A DNA stretch of 64,000 nucleotides, from positions 56,922-120,921 of the IMG/VR virus record IMGVR_UViG_3300042564_002458, one strand, 5' to 3'. This DNA is from a virus. Positions 38,493 through 47,776 of this stretch are shown in pieces. The stretch's first letter is position 1, and each line of letters begins with the position of its first letter. The notes under the pieces are model-generated. The model searched no databases, was not told the DNA's origin, and saw only the letters and a list, made by a program, of their open reading frames with translations. A program made the position numbers and the translations under genes.

Positions 38493-39503
38493 TTATTTTG
38501 CGATTTGTGACCAAACTTTATTACGAATCTGATCAGTTAGTGTGTCAGGAAGTGCTACATAGTCCAATTCTGATGCCAAGGCCTTACCGTTCTTGAATGA
38601 CCAATCAAAAAACTTGATGACTTCTGCTGTGGCTTTGGGATCAGCAGGTTTAGCATAGATCAAGATAAAACTGGCACCAGCAATGGGCCAACTCTTGACA
38701 CCTGTAGCATCAATAATACTAATACCCATGCCTGGTTTGCTGAACCAGTCGGCATCAGCTGCGGCTGCAGCAAACGATTCTTCGTTAGGGTTTACATAGT
38801 GTCCGTCACGATTTTGCAATTGAAGATGTTTGATATTGTTCTTTTTAGCGTAGGCATATTCCACATAACCGATGGCACCTTTAACTCGCGTCACATTAGC
38901 AGCAACACCTTCGTTGCCTTTACCACCAACTGAACTGGCTGCGGGCCATTTAACAGCATTGCCTTTACCAATCTTGTCTGCCCAGTCCTTAGATACTGTG
39001 GCAAGATAGTCCGTAAAGTGATAAGTTGTTCCGGATCCGTCAGCACGATGTACCACTGTGATGTTTTGATTGGGCAACTTTTTACCAGGATTCAGTGCTG
39101 CTATCTTGGAATCATTCCAATTGAGAACGGTACCTTGATAAATTTCAGCCAACACTGATCCAGTTAGTCTCAGTTCGCCTGGCTTGAATCCATCTAAATT
39201 GGCTATTGGTACTACACCACCTAATATGGCTGGGAATTGCAGCAATCCCAACTTATTCAAAGTGTCTTCTGATACTGGGGCATCACTTGCACCAAAGTTT
39301 ACTGTTTTGTTTGTGATTTGTCGAACGCCACCTGAACTTCCAATGCTTTGATAGTTAAATCTTACGCCAGTTTCTTTGTTGTAAACTTCTGCCCATTTGG
39401 CATAGATAGGATATGGAAATGTTGCACCAGCACCCGTGATTTGTTGTGCCGATGTTGTAAAACTTGTCACTGCTAATATTAGTACAGCTACTATTTTGTT
39501 CAT
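38493..39503 (-). CDS. pstS: phosphate ABC transporter binding protein
   Basis: TGAGATFPYP, YQSIGSSGG, FGASD, RADGSGTT. Confidence 0.97.
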   Translation of the reverse strand: MNKIVAVLILAVTSFTTSAQQITGAGATFPYPIYAKWAEVYNKETGVRFNYQSIGSSGGVRQITNKTVNFGASDAPVSEDTLNKLGLLQFPAILGGVVPIANLDGFKPGELRLTGSVLAEIYQGTVLNWNDSKIAALNPGKKLPNQNITVVHRADGSGTTYHFTDYLATVSKDWADKIGKGNAVKWPAASSVGGKGNEGVAANVTRVKGAIGYVEYAYAKKNNIKHLQLQNRDGHYVNPNEESFAAAAADADWFSKPGMGISIIDATGVKSWPIAGASFILIYAKPADPKATAEVIKFFDWSFKNGKALASELDYVALPDTLTDQIRNKVWSQIAK

Positions 39504-39552
39504 TGTATCTCCTTTATGTACTAAGTATTTACAATAATAGTAGTATATTATT

Positions 39553-39570
39553 ATTACAGTTTTGTTACAA
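39553..39570 (-). promoter_or_regulatory. Pho box
   Basis: TTGTAAC-AAAA-CTGTAAT, 10 nt before a TACTAT -10 box, upstream of pstS. Confidence 0.6.
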
Positions 39571-39646
39571 ATTTTTCCTTCTTTTCATCTACTGGATCAA
39601 ATGGTCTTGATGGATTCTTAGGTCTTGTATGTTTAAACCAACTCAT
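39554..39646 (-). CDS. 30-aa small ORF
   Basis: AAGGAGA RBS; MSWFKHTRPKNP... Confidence 0.4.
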   Translation of the reverse strand: MSWFKHTRPKNPSRPFDPVDEKKEKFVTKL

Positions 39647-39673
39647 AGTAGTCTCCTTGAAGTACTATGATAT

Positions 39674-40096
39674 TTATTGACCTTGTTGTACTATAATAGT
39701 ACCACAATTAGCAGTAGCGCAAGTATGAGTTAAAGAATATGTTTGTTGAGTAGACCCGGACTGAATACTATTCAGTCCAGTTGTATTACCATGTAATTGA
39801 ACTGCGGATTGATGATTACCTGATCCTTGTTGTAATAGATTTACACTTTTATTCCCGCCAGTTAATGATATTGAAACATCATGATTACCATTATCTTTTT
39901 GTTGTATAATTAATGAATTATTGTTATCAGTAACAATGACATTAACCGTTTTATTACTACCCCATTGCTCAATACTGGTGATATTATTTTTACCCACTTG
40001 ATTAATCATAACAGAATTATAATCACCAATTTGTTCAATATATATTGAACTTTGTGCATATGAATTAAAAACTATGAATAAGAATAGCCATCTCAT
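39674..40096 (-). CDS. curlin-repeat-like secreted protein
   Basis: IEQIGDYN, NQVGKNN, QQGSGNH repeats (QxGxxN). Confidence 0.7.
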   Translation of the reverse strand: MRWLFLFIVFNSYAQSSIYIEQIGDYNSVMINQVGKNNITSIEQWGSNKTVNVIVTDNNNSLIIQQKDNGNHDVSISLTGGNKSVNLLQQGSGNHQSAVQLHGNTTGLNSIQSGSTQQTYSLTHTCATANCGTIIVQQGQ

Positions 40097-41175
40097 CGTT
40101 TTACTCCAGAATTTTGTTTAATCATTACAAAATTACCACCAGGACTTCCATCTCCTATCAATGCAGTGGCCACAACATCATTATGAATTACAATAACATT
40201 AGTATTAGATTGATGTCCAACAGTTTTTACTTCAACATAATGTTCATTCTCTGAATTTCTAAATGCAATTCCTCTTCCTCGGCCTTTTTGATCGACAGCA
40301 TCTGGTTTTTCCCATGACACACACACTTGAAATTTTGGATTACACCCGCTTTTTAATGCTGTCTCTGTCATACCAATAATACGAGATTGTTCTGCACTTT
40401 CTGCAACAAGTTTTTTAAGTTGTTGTTGAGATTGAATTTCCAATTCTTCTAATTCTATTTCACGCTTAGATTTACCACTTTCTTTTATCGCTCGTTGAAC
40501 TTCTGGTGGTTTACTAATAATTAGTGTGTTATTTAATTTACTCTCAATTGTATTGACTAAAGTTGGTGTTGTTGGGCTGACAGTTGCACTAGCGACATAT
40601 GTGGCATGAAATGCTTGATTTAGAGTAACTGTTCCTGTTAAAGTACTTACATCAATTTGACCAACCTTACAACGATTTTCTTCCAATTCATATTTCTTAA
40701 CATCGTTTTCATCTTTACAACTTGGTATTAAAACAATTAAACTTTGACCAGATTCATCAACAGTCATAGTAAAGTCTGTTCCACGAACTGCCACCGTAGC
40801 AGTTGGTGTTTTAATGTCAACTCGTTGTGGGTTTGTTTTGGCAATTTGTCCACTGGCATAACGAACTGTTCCCATTCCCACTTTAATGGCTAATTTTCCA
40901 GCATCAGATTTTTTAGAATCATATACAAAATCATCAATTAGTAATCTACTATTTTCAGTAACTCGAACTTTTGTATCATCTTTGAATGTAATATGTCCTA
41001 CGCACTTATTAGTAACATAAATATCCATACTGTGAATTGTGCTATTTTTTTCACCAGTGATTTTACTTTTGTTGCGATGTATTTCGCATCCAATTCCGTC
41101 ATGACTACTTACAGTTCCTATTTCTGCATAAGAATTAGTCGCCAGTAATATTAATACCAACAACATTAATCTCAT
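40093..41175 (-). CDS. FecR-domain protein
   Basis: signal peptide; ITFKDDT, IKTPTATVAVRGTDF. Confidence 0.85.
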   Translation of the reverse strand: MRLMLLVLILLATNSYAEIGTVSSHDGIGCEIHRNKSKITGEKNSTIHSMDIYVTNKCVGHITFKDDTKVRVTENSRLLIDDFVYDSKKSDAGKLAIKVGMGTVRYASGQIAKTNPQRVDIKTPTATVAVRGTDFTMTVDESGQSLIVLIPSCKDENDVKKYELEENRCKVGQIDVSTLTGTVTLNQAFHATYVASATVSPTTPTLVNTIESKLNNTLIISKPPEVQRAIKESGKSKREIELEELEIQSQQQLKKLVAESAEQSRIIGMTETALKSGCNPKFQVCVSWEKPDAVDQKGRGRGIAFRNSENEHYVEVKTVGHQSNTNVIVIHNDVVATALIGDGSPGGNFVMIKQNSGVKR

Positions 41176-41176
41176 T

Positions 41177-41929
41177 TTATCTCGCCACTGCAGTTAATGG
41201 GTTAATAATAGAACTACTACTGGTTCTAACTGTAACAGTGTTATTACTTCCAGTAGTTCTGATATCAACATTAGTGTCATTAACGCCCTGTTGTTGAATA
41301 ATGTAACTATTATAATCACCAGTAACCGCTAATTGTAATTCGTGTCCATCAACTCCAGCTACATCAATTTGTTGACTGTCTAATTTGTTGTTATTACCAA
41401 TAATACTAACATTACTAATTCCACTTGAACTTTTTAATTCTTTAGTAATTTGATTAGTATTTCCTGTTGCAACAATTGTACTAGTAATGTCATTTCCAAT
41501 CACTGTTTGAATTATATTATTAGAATTACCGGTAATTGTTTCAGTGATATTATTTCTTAAATTTGTGGCTGATAGTGCAGTTCCAACATTTAATTTAGAA
41601 TTATTTAAATTTCCAGTTATGATACTAGTGTAAGTATTATTGTTACCATAGATATCATATTGATTTAAATTACTATCTCCAGTTTGAGTTATGGATACTG
41701 TGTTAGTATTACCAGTAATGGTTGCATAATTAGAACTACTTGGAGTAATATTACTAGTACCCCCAACACCATTTGTTCCACCAACTTGTTCTATGGTAAT
41801 AGTATTACTACTACCAATTTGCTCAATATATACTTTATTTGGTCCAGTACTAGCGTTTTGTGCCATGACTGATCCAAATGATGATAATATTAAGACAAAT
41901 AAACTATTGATTATTATTTTTGTTTTCAT
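41177..41929 (-). CDS. curlin-repeat-like secreted protein
   Basis: signal peptide; many I-x-Q/I-x-G-x-x-N repeats. Confidence 0.75.
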   Translation of the reverse strand: MKTKIIINSLFVLILSSFGSVMAQNASTGPNKVYIEQIGSSNTITIEQVGGTNGVGGTSNITPSSSNYATITGNTNTVSITQTGDSNLNQYDIYGNNNTYTSIITGNLNNSKLNVGTALSATNLRNNITETITGNSNNIIQTVIGNDITSTIVATGNTNQITKELKSSSGISNVSIIGNNNKLDSQQIDVAGVDGHELQLAVTGDYNSYIIQQQGVNDTNVDIRTTGSNNTVTVRTSSSSIINPLTAVAR

Positions 41930-41938
41930 AGTTATTCC

Positions 41939-42748
41939 TTATTTTTTAAAATTCCAGTGTCCCTTTTTGACACCTTCATTAATTGTTCCTACGACTGCCG
42001 CTTGTATAGCGAGAGCGGTGGCACGATTAATACTTTCATTGATACTGGCTCCAGTTTCTGCTTCAATTGCCTGTGTTCCATTATCAACAAATTTCAATAC
42101 TCCGAGTTTGTCCATATAACTTAATACTGTCTTGGTTACCGTTACGGAAGTTAGTATTTCCCCTGTAGCTACTGATACTGTTCTGAGTGTTACGGTTACT
42201 GTGTCACTTTGATATTGAGTGCTGGCTCCAATACCAAATAATCTTAATCCACTACCACCAGTTATTAAATTACTATCATAACCAACAATAGCACCCTCAA
42301 TAATAATTCCAGCAAACATCATTGGTGGTAATGTTTTTGCATCACGACCTTGATATTGTTCGCGCATTTGTCTAATCATTTGTCTTTCTTTGATTAAATT
42401 TTCTAAACCCACTCGTTCTAATACCGTAAACCAACGACCATTACCTACATCTTGTAATGCTTTAATTAAATAACTATCTCCACCTTGAGTGACGGCTGAA
42501 CTTAAACTGGCAATATTTGGAACACTTTTACGCTGACCGGTTTTATCCATAAATCCATAAACTGCCACAGTTATTGGCCCACTTTCTGGAGGTTCTACTT
42601 GAAAATTGTCTCTAGTAAATACTGTTTCTTTTTCTATAATAGGGTCATCAAATTGTCTTCCAGTCATTTTTTCTCTGAGAAAACTACTAGTGGCACAAGA
42701 AGATAACATTAACCCTGTTAGTATCAAGGATAAGATTTTTATTATCAT
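41939..42748 (-). CDS. csgG: curli secretion channel CsgG
   Basis: LSSC lipobox; VAVYGFMDKTGQ, SSAVTQG, LERVGLENLIKERQMIR. Confidence 0.93.
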   Translation of the reverse strand: MIIKILSLILTGLMLSSCATSSFLREKMTGRQFDDPIIEKETVFTRDNFQVEPPESGPITVAVYGFMDKTGQRKSVPNIASLSSAVTQGGDSYLIKALQDVGNGRWFTVLERVGLENLIKERQMIRQMREQYQGRDAKTLPPMMFAGIIIEGAIVGYDSNLITGGSGLRLFGIGASTQYQSDTVTVTLRTVSVATGEILTSVTVTKTVLSYMDKLGVLKFVDNGTQAIEAETGASINESINRATALAIQAAVVGTINEGVKKGHWNFKK

Positions 42749-42757
42749 TTTTTATCC

Positions 42758-43237
42758 TTAAAAAGCAAAAGTACCAGCCGGCACTTTCATAGTGGTAACT
42801 TGATTGGCATTAGTTAAACTAATAATACTAATTATTATCATTCCACGATCACTACCATCACCTAATTTCCAAGTGATTGAATTTCCACCCAGATCCGGAA
42901 TAGTTCCACAAACAATACCGGCTTGTGTGCAAGTTGCACCTTCACCAAACATACTATCGGTGAGTTGTTTTGCCAATTGTGAATATATTCTACTTTCTAA
43001 ATTGGCAATAAATCTTGCCTGCGGGGTATCTTTTGCCGCGGCTTCGATTTTTGCTTTTAGAGCCTCGGACGCAGCAGTGTTTTTATCCTTGGCTTGATCT
43101 TCAAGTTGTTTGATTGTCAGTATGTGCGAACTATAACCAATTCCACCAAATGCCGGACTATTAAAATTAAAATTTAATTCCCCAGAATTAGCAGCAAAAC
43201 AAGTTACGAACAGCACACTTATTATTATTGTTTTCAT
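42758..43237 (-). CDS. csgF: curli assembly protein CsgF
   Basis: ELNFNFNSPAFGG N-terminus; FIANLESRIYSQLA; adjacent to csgG. Confidence 0.85.
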   Translation of the reverse strand: MKTIIISVLFVTCFAANSGELNFNFNSPAFGGIGYSSHILTIKQLEDQAKDKNTAASEALKAKIEAAAKDTPQARFIANLESRIYSQLAKQLTDSMFGEGATCTQAGIVCGTIPDLGGNSITWKLGDGSDRGMIIISIISLTNANQVTTMKVPAGTFAF

Positions 43238-43339
43238 ACTGTTCCCTAGCTAGTCATCTTAAGATGACCCGACTATTAGTATTTAGAACAGTATGTACAA
43301 AAGATATGTGATACTATATTGTGTAGTATCGTAAAATGA

Positions 43340-43780
43340 TTAATCAATAAATTCGTAACTAAGTTTTAGTGCCTCATGTAATTGACTAGTATTAACATCG
43401 TGTTCTTTATAACCCTCAAGTAAACATTGCCAATAATTCACTGATGGGGGCGAAAATGAATCTTTACTAGTCATAGTATACACCCAACTATCATATATTT
43501 TATTTTGATATAAAATAGGAACAATGATTCTGGTATAATAAGTTGGATATCCCTCTAGACGATCCAAACTGTCTAAACATTCATCAGTGATTTCCCATAA
43601 TACACCATTGGTTTTTGATCCTGATTTTGACACCACATCGGCGTGAATATTGAATTTAAATTGATAGTCAAATAATAAAGCGAAACCTAAACTAACGGAA
43701 TCTGGACAGCGATATGTCATCTCAGATTTATTAGTGTTCATTCCATATGCAAAATAGTAATATTTCTTTTTATTATTCAT
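43340..43780 (-). CDS. gamma-glutamylcyclotransferase family
   Basis: YFAYGMN, GVLWEI, LDRLEGYP. Confidence 0.88.
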   Translation of the reverse strand: MNNKKKYYYFAYGMNTNKSEMTYRCPDSVSLGFALLFDYQFKFNIHADVVSKSGSKTNGVLWEITDECLDSLDRLEGYPTYYTRIIVPILYQNKIYDSWVYTMTSKDSFSPPSVNYWQCLLEGYKEHDVNTSQLHEALKLSYEFID

Positions 43781-43992
43781 CACCAATCACTCTCATCCGA
43801 AATGATAACAGTAAATTCACCTTCTTCGTCTTTATGAGTAACGATAAAGGTAGCAATTAATACTGACCCAATACCATTACTATTTTTCTGTGATAGCGTT
43901 ACGCTACCATGATCTCCACTCTCGTTCAGTTGATTGAACAGAGCATACAGTCGTTCAACTTCTCTATGATTCATAGTAATTGTTTTCATCAT
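43780..43992 (-). CDS. hypothetical protein
   Basis: SNGIGS...ISDESDW. Confidence 0.6.
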   Translation of the reverse strand: MMKTITMNHREVERLYALFNQLNESGDHGSVTLSQKNSNGIGSVLIATFIVTHKDEEGEFTVIISDESDW

Positions 43993-44228
43993 TCAATTCC
44001 GAAATATTTAAGTATAACCTCTTGAGATGAGGTGTCATGCGTCAGTGCCCAATGTTCAAAAGCAATATTGCCACATTCTTTCACAATCAACTCGGCGAAC
44101 TTTTGATTGACAATATTTGTAAGTTCATCTTCTTCGTATACCGGTCCACGATTTCTACGCCGATTATTATAGTCATCTTGGCCAAATTGTGCAGCCTGTT
44201 TGTATAGTTCCTTAATTCGTTCGTTCAT
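43989..44228 (-). CDS. MNERI/EKFAEL family protein
   Basis: MNERIKEL...KFAELIVKEC...YFGIE. Confidence 0.75.
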   Translation of the reverse strand: MNERIKELYKQAAQFGQDDYNNRRRNRGPVYEEDELTNIVNQKFAELIVKECGNIAFEHWALTHDTSSQEVILKYFGIE

Positions 44229-44231
44229 TCT

Positions 44232-44465
44232 TCAACTCCTGCAATTCATCCATCTGATTTCGTCGGCACATAATCTTGCGCCAAACTGTTTGTCACCACC
44301 GTTGCTTTCTCTAACAACGTCACACCTTTGAGCACATTCCTCCACAAGCAACTCAGCGAACCTGTCAGCAAACTTTGTCAAGTCTTGCATGTCCATTACA
44401 GACCATGTGCATGCAAATCTCTCATCTAGAGCTTGCCCCATCAGTAGTTTAATTTGTTCGTTCAT
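44232..44465 (-). CDS. MNERI/EKFAEL family protein
   Basis: MNEQIK...RFAELLVEEC. Confidence 0.75.
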   Translation of the reverse strand: MNEQIKLLMGQALDERFACTWSVMDMQDLTKFADRFAELLVEECAQRCDVVRESNGGDKQFGARLCADEIRWMNCRS

Positions 44466-44577
44466 TTAAAAAGCCATCCTTTTAATTGAATTACCAATCC
44501 ATCTGAGTATTCAGCACGGATTGTACAAGTGCCCAACAATGCCAAATACAGTACAGTCCACGTAATTGTTCTAATTA

Positions 44578-44784
44578 TCATTCTTGTACTCCGAAATGTT
44601 GTTTAATCTTATTGGCAATAATAGCACCCATGTCATCTTCTCTATGACTAGATCCTAGAGCAAGGTCTATACATTTGTAAGCAATCAATTCGGCGAACTT
44701 TTCCATATTATTGGGTAGTCCTATAGCCAAATAATCTTTTGAGTATCCAGCCTGTTCAGCAAGTTCTCGAATTCGTTCGTTCAT
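44578..44784 (-). CDS. MNERI/EKFAEL family protein
   Basis: MNERIRELAEQA...EKFAELI...HFGVQE. Confidence 0.78.
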   Translation of the reverse strand: MNERIRELAEQAGYSKDYLAIGLPNNMEKFAELIAYKCIDLALGSSHREDDMGAIIANKIKQHFGVQE

Positions 44785-44793
44785 TTTATTTCC

Positions 44794-45057
44794 TTAAAAT
44801 ATAGCATTTGAGTCTCGTTTTTTTATGGCTCTACATACTGGGCCAAGCGCAGAGTAATAGACTATACGAGCCGATGTGGAATGAATTCCAAACTCTTGCC
44901 CGATCTCTTTGAAAGTCATATCGTGAAATACGCGACAAACGAAAACATCAATTCTTAGCTGTCTTGTTTTTTCAAATTTAGTACTTTTAATAATTGCATC
45001 TAAGGCAATTTTAGATATTTCATGTTGATAGACCGTCATTTCTGAATCAGTTAACAT
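44794..45057 (-). CDS. sigma-70 region-4-like HTH protein
   Basis: MTFKEIGQEFGIHSTSARI. Confidence 0.6.
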   Translation of the reverse strand: MLTDSEMTVYQHEISKIALDAIIKSTKFEKTRQLRIDVFVCRVFHDMTFKEIGQEFGIHSTSARIVYYSALGPVCRAIKKRDSNAIF

Positions 45058-45066
45058 AAATTATTC

Positions 45067-45390
45067 TTAAAATGTATTGAGTGTTGAGTTATATTTACGA
45101 ATCAATTCTCGCTCACGAGTATGTGCCGCTAAACGACCACGTACACTTTCTACAAATCCGTATGTAAAACTTTCGGATCCATAATCACGAATACTAGTAG
45201 ACAATGACCAACCTTTGTCTTCGGTCAAGGCGCGTTGTACATGTTTTTGAATGCGGCGCTTGAGTGTTTTTTGAATTCCACCCACATTCTTGACAGTGAT
45301 TCCTATATACTGATCACCAGTCACTATGTTGTTAATAACATAGATCAAGTGAGTACAATCGTTTCGGCGTTTTCTTGTTTTCGTCATCAT
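45067..45390 (-). CDS. GIY-YIG-like nuclease domain protein
   Basis: IY...YIG...R...H...ERELI...LN. Confidence 0.75.
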   Translation of the reverse strand: MMTKTRKRRNDCTHLIYVINNIVTGDQYIGITVKNVGGIQKTLKRRIQKHVQRALTEDKGWSLSTSIRDYGSESFTYGFVESVRGRLAAHTRERELIRKYNSTLNTF

Positions 45391-45396
45391 AAGTAC

Positions 45397-45425
45397 ATTA
45401 TAGACTATAATGGATTTATTGTCAA
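45397..45425 (-). promoter_or_regulatory. sigma70-like promoter
   Basis: TTGACA-ATAAATC...-TATAAT. Confidence 0.8.
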
Positions 45426-45441
45426 ATTAAGAGTATTTTAG

Positions 45442-45459
45442 TGTTGTATTAAAACAACA
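45442..45459. promoter_or_regulatory. palindrome TGTTGTA-N4-AACAACA (putative operator)
   Basis: same motif as 21882 and 63550. Confidence 0.45.
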
Positions 45460-45542
45460 CATTGACACAGCGATTTTGAGCGAGTTTTTTGAGATTTTAA
45501 CACTCAACTACACTATATTAATTTAAATGGCTCTGGTGACGG

Positions 45543-45767
45543 CTAAATCAATCTGATTATTAGTCCATGAGCGTAAATTATCATCATAACTACATTAACA
45601 GCCAATATACTATACTCACGAATTCTTAGTGACCAAATGATCCAAAATACACTACCGACATTTAGCAAATATAAATTAAGTGGGTCAAGTTTATAGCTAA
45701 TAGCTAACGCTCCCAAGATGGTTAAAATCGTGGCAGTCCATTTTAAAAAGTTGTTTAATTTTATCAT
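45543..45767 (-). CDS. small membrane protein
   Basis: three TM helices. Confidence 0.7.
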   Translation of the reverse strand: MIKLNNFLKWTATILTILGALAISYKLDPLNLYLLNVGSVFWIIWSLRIREYSILAVNVVMMIIYAHGLIIRLI

Positions 45768-45773
45768 AGACTG

Positions 45774-45802
45774 ATTATATTATAAACTAGATTTATTGTC
45801 AA
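45774..45802 (-). promoter_or_regulatory. sigma70-like promoter
   Basis: TTGACA-ATAAATC...-TATAAT. Confidence 0.75.
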
Positions 45803-45868
45803 GTAAATTTAAGTGACAATATATTATAGTTATTTTTTATATCACTATCATAAGTAAATAATAGTTCA

Positions 45869-46633
45869 TTGATAAATAAAAATATGATTACTATACACGA
45901 TTTATATACAGATCATTTATTATTATTATCGGCGAAACAACCTAATAAAAATTGGGCAGAATCCGACTCAGAATCATTATATAAAGAAAATCTTAAAACA
46001 CAATCGGAAGATTGGTATTATCGAACACATTCAATTACATATAAACACAACTCGAACAAATACAGATGTGCTGAATGGAATGATATAACTTGGAGTAATA
46101 GTTGGATTGTATTAGGATGTTCTAGTGTAGAAGGTATTGGTCTGGATGAATCTGACGTATTATCTACCAGACTTTCTGAACTATTAGATAGTCCTGTAAT
46201 AAATTTAGGTGTAGGCGGAACTGGAGCAGATGTTACATTGTTTAATAGTATACGATTAATTGATAAAAATATAAGACCAAAAGGAGTAATTATAATAAAT
46301 GGCGATTTTACATTAACTCGGCTTTCATTATTTACATCGAGAGGATCAATAGCCATTGGAAATTGGAGTTTTGATAAAAAAATAAATCAAGGAAAATTTT
46401 CAAATTTGTATTCATTATGGACCAATGAAGCAGGACACTCAGAAACATATTCTTATATGTGTCTTAGAGGAGCAATTTCCATGTGGAAGACTGAAAACAT
46501 ACCAACATTTTATTTCAATATTGAACGAGATTTACCTAAAAAAAGTGACTTAGCAAGAGATTTGTCACATTGGGGTAGAGAAACAATAAAATTGTGGGCA
46601 AGGTCTATTGTAAACACAATTATAATTCAGTAG
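45869..46633 (+). CDS. SGNH-like hydrolase-fold protein
   Basis: LGCSSVEGIG, INLGVGG, DLARDLSHWG. Confidence 0.65.
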   Translation: MINKNMITIHDLYTDHLLLLSAKQPNKNWAESDSESLYKENLKTQSEDWYYRTHSITYKHNSNKYRCAEWNDITWSNSWIVLGCSSVEGIGLDESDVLSTRLSELLDSPVINLGVGGTGADVTLFNSIRLIDKNIRPKGVIIINGDFTLTRLSLFTSRGSIAIGNWSFDKKINQGKFSNLYSLWTNEAGHSETYSYMCLRGAISMWKTENIPTFYFNIERDLPKKSDLARDLSHWGRETIKLWARSIVNTIIIQ

Positions 46634-46665
46634 ATATTTTTAAATTGATCTATTATAAATACAAA

Positions 46666-46692
46666 AAGCCCCAAACCGTTAGGAATGGGGCT
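46666..46692. terminator. probable terminator between convergent genes
   Basis: AGCCCCA/TGGGGCT stem. Confidence 0.5.
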
Positions 46693-46704
46693 ATAATTAA
46701 ATTG

Positions 46705-47196
46705 TTAGGCTGCCATTTGACGTTGATATTCTGTCAATGATTTGAATCTGTCTGCCGCATAACTGGCAGCAAATGCCTGTGGTTTAACCAATGGTATAAC
46801 CCCACACATTCCTTTGATATATCCCATGGCTTCGTTTACTACGATACTACTATTATGAGCCTCATTTGGATTTATATCTAGATGAACTTCAATATCATGA
46901 GCAACAACTTTACTCAATTTAAGATACAAATCCGCAATTTTATAAACTTCTGTCATTAGACGCATACGTGGTTTATTAGATTGTTGATCATAGTCACGTT
47001 CTCTATTAACGGCACCAAAAATCTTACATCCGTTATTGCCATTAACATGTACTACAACTGCGGTAATATAGTCGGCGTACCAGATATCATTTAATTGAAA
47101 ACGTTCACTATCACACCCAATATAAATCTTGGTGTCTGTGTCACAAGTTTCCAGAAATGCTACTACTTCGTCTATATCTATTTGTTTCTTATACAT
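46705..47196 (-). CDS. RNase H-like YkuK family protein
   Basis: IYIGCDS, RLMTEV, EVHLDIN, KPQAFAASYAAD. Confidence 0.85.
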   Translation of the reverse strand: MYKKQIDIDEVVAFLETCDTDTKIYIGCDSERFQLNDIWYADYITAVVVHVNGNNGCKIFGAVNRERDYDQQSNKPRMRLMTEVYKIADLYLKLSKVVAHDIEVHLDINPNEAHNSSIVVNEAMGYIKGMCGVIPLVKPQAFAASYAADRFKSLTEYQRQMAA

Positions 47197-47202
47197 GATA
47201 CT

Positions 47203-47472
47203 CTACCTTTTATGTTTGTTAAAACCTCTATTCTTTTTCTGTGATCTATTTAAAGCCTTAAATAAATAATCCCGTTTGACTAATCCACTTTCAATATCAG
47301 CAACTGCCTGATGTACTGGAATCAACTTTTTTTTATATTCACCTAAAATATAAAGTCCAGATTCTGCATATTTACTATATCGAATTTCTTTAATTTCTTT
47401 GGTTCGTGCAGCTCCCATCAATACTGATTCATAAAGATTAATACTTGTACCAATTACGCTATCATTTTTCAT
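47203..47472 (-). CDS. hypothetical protein
   Basis: start MKNDS after AGGA. Confidence 0.55.
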   Translation of the reverse strand: MKNDSVIGTSINLYESVLMGAARTKEIKEIRYSKYAESGLYILGEYKKKLIPVHQAVADIESGLVKRDYLFKALNRSQKKNRGFNKHKR

Positions 47473-47497
47473 ATTGTTTCCTAGTTTTAAAATATAA

Positions 47498-47767
47498 TTA
47501 TAAGCATTGTAATGTAAACCACGTGGCATATTCGCCACGTTTAAATGCAAATTGTTTTACCCCAGATTTATTTGGATTAGATGTAATTCTGGAAATCCAA
47601 TCATCTTTACAAAGTCGTTTTCTACACCATTCTGATAATTCACGATAATGTAATTCATTTCCAAATTCATCTGAATAAATGTCTTGAGATTTGTAAAGAT
47701 TAGTTCTGGGAACATCAATTACTGTCCATCCTTGTCTAATATAATATCTAAATCCTCGTTGATTCAT
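47498..47767 (-). CDS. FxLxW family protein (dispersed copy)
   Basis: EWCRKRL...W...FAFKRGEYATWFTL. Confidence 0.6.
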   Translation of the reverse strand: MNQRGFRYYIRQGWTVIDVPRTNLYKSQDIYSDEFGNELHYRELSEWCRKRLCKDDWISRITSNPNKSGVKQFAFKRGEYATWFTLQCL

Positions 47768-47776
47768 ATATTTCCT

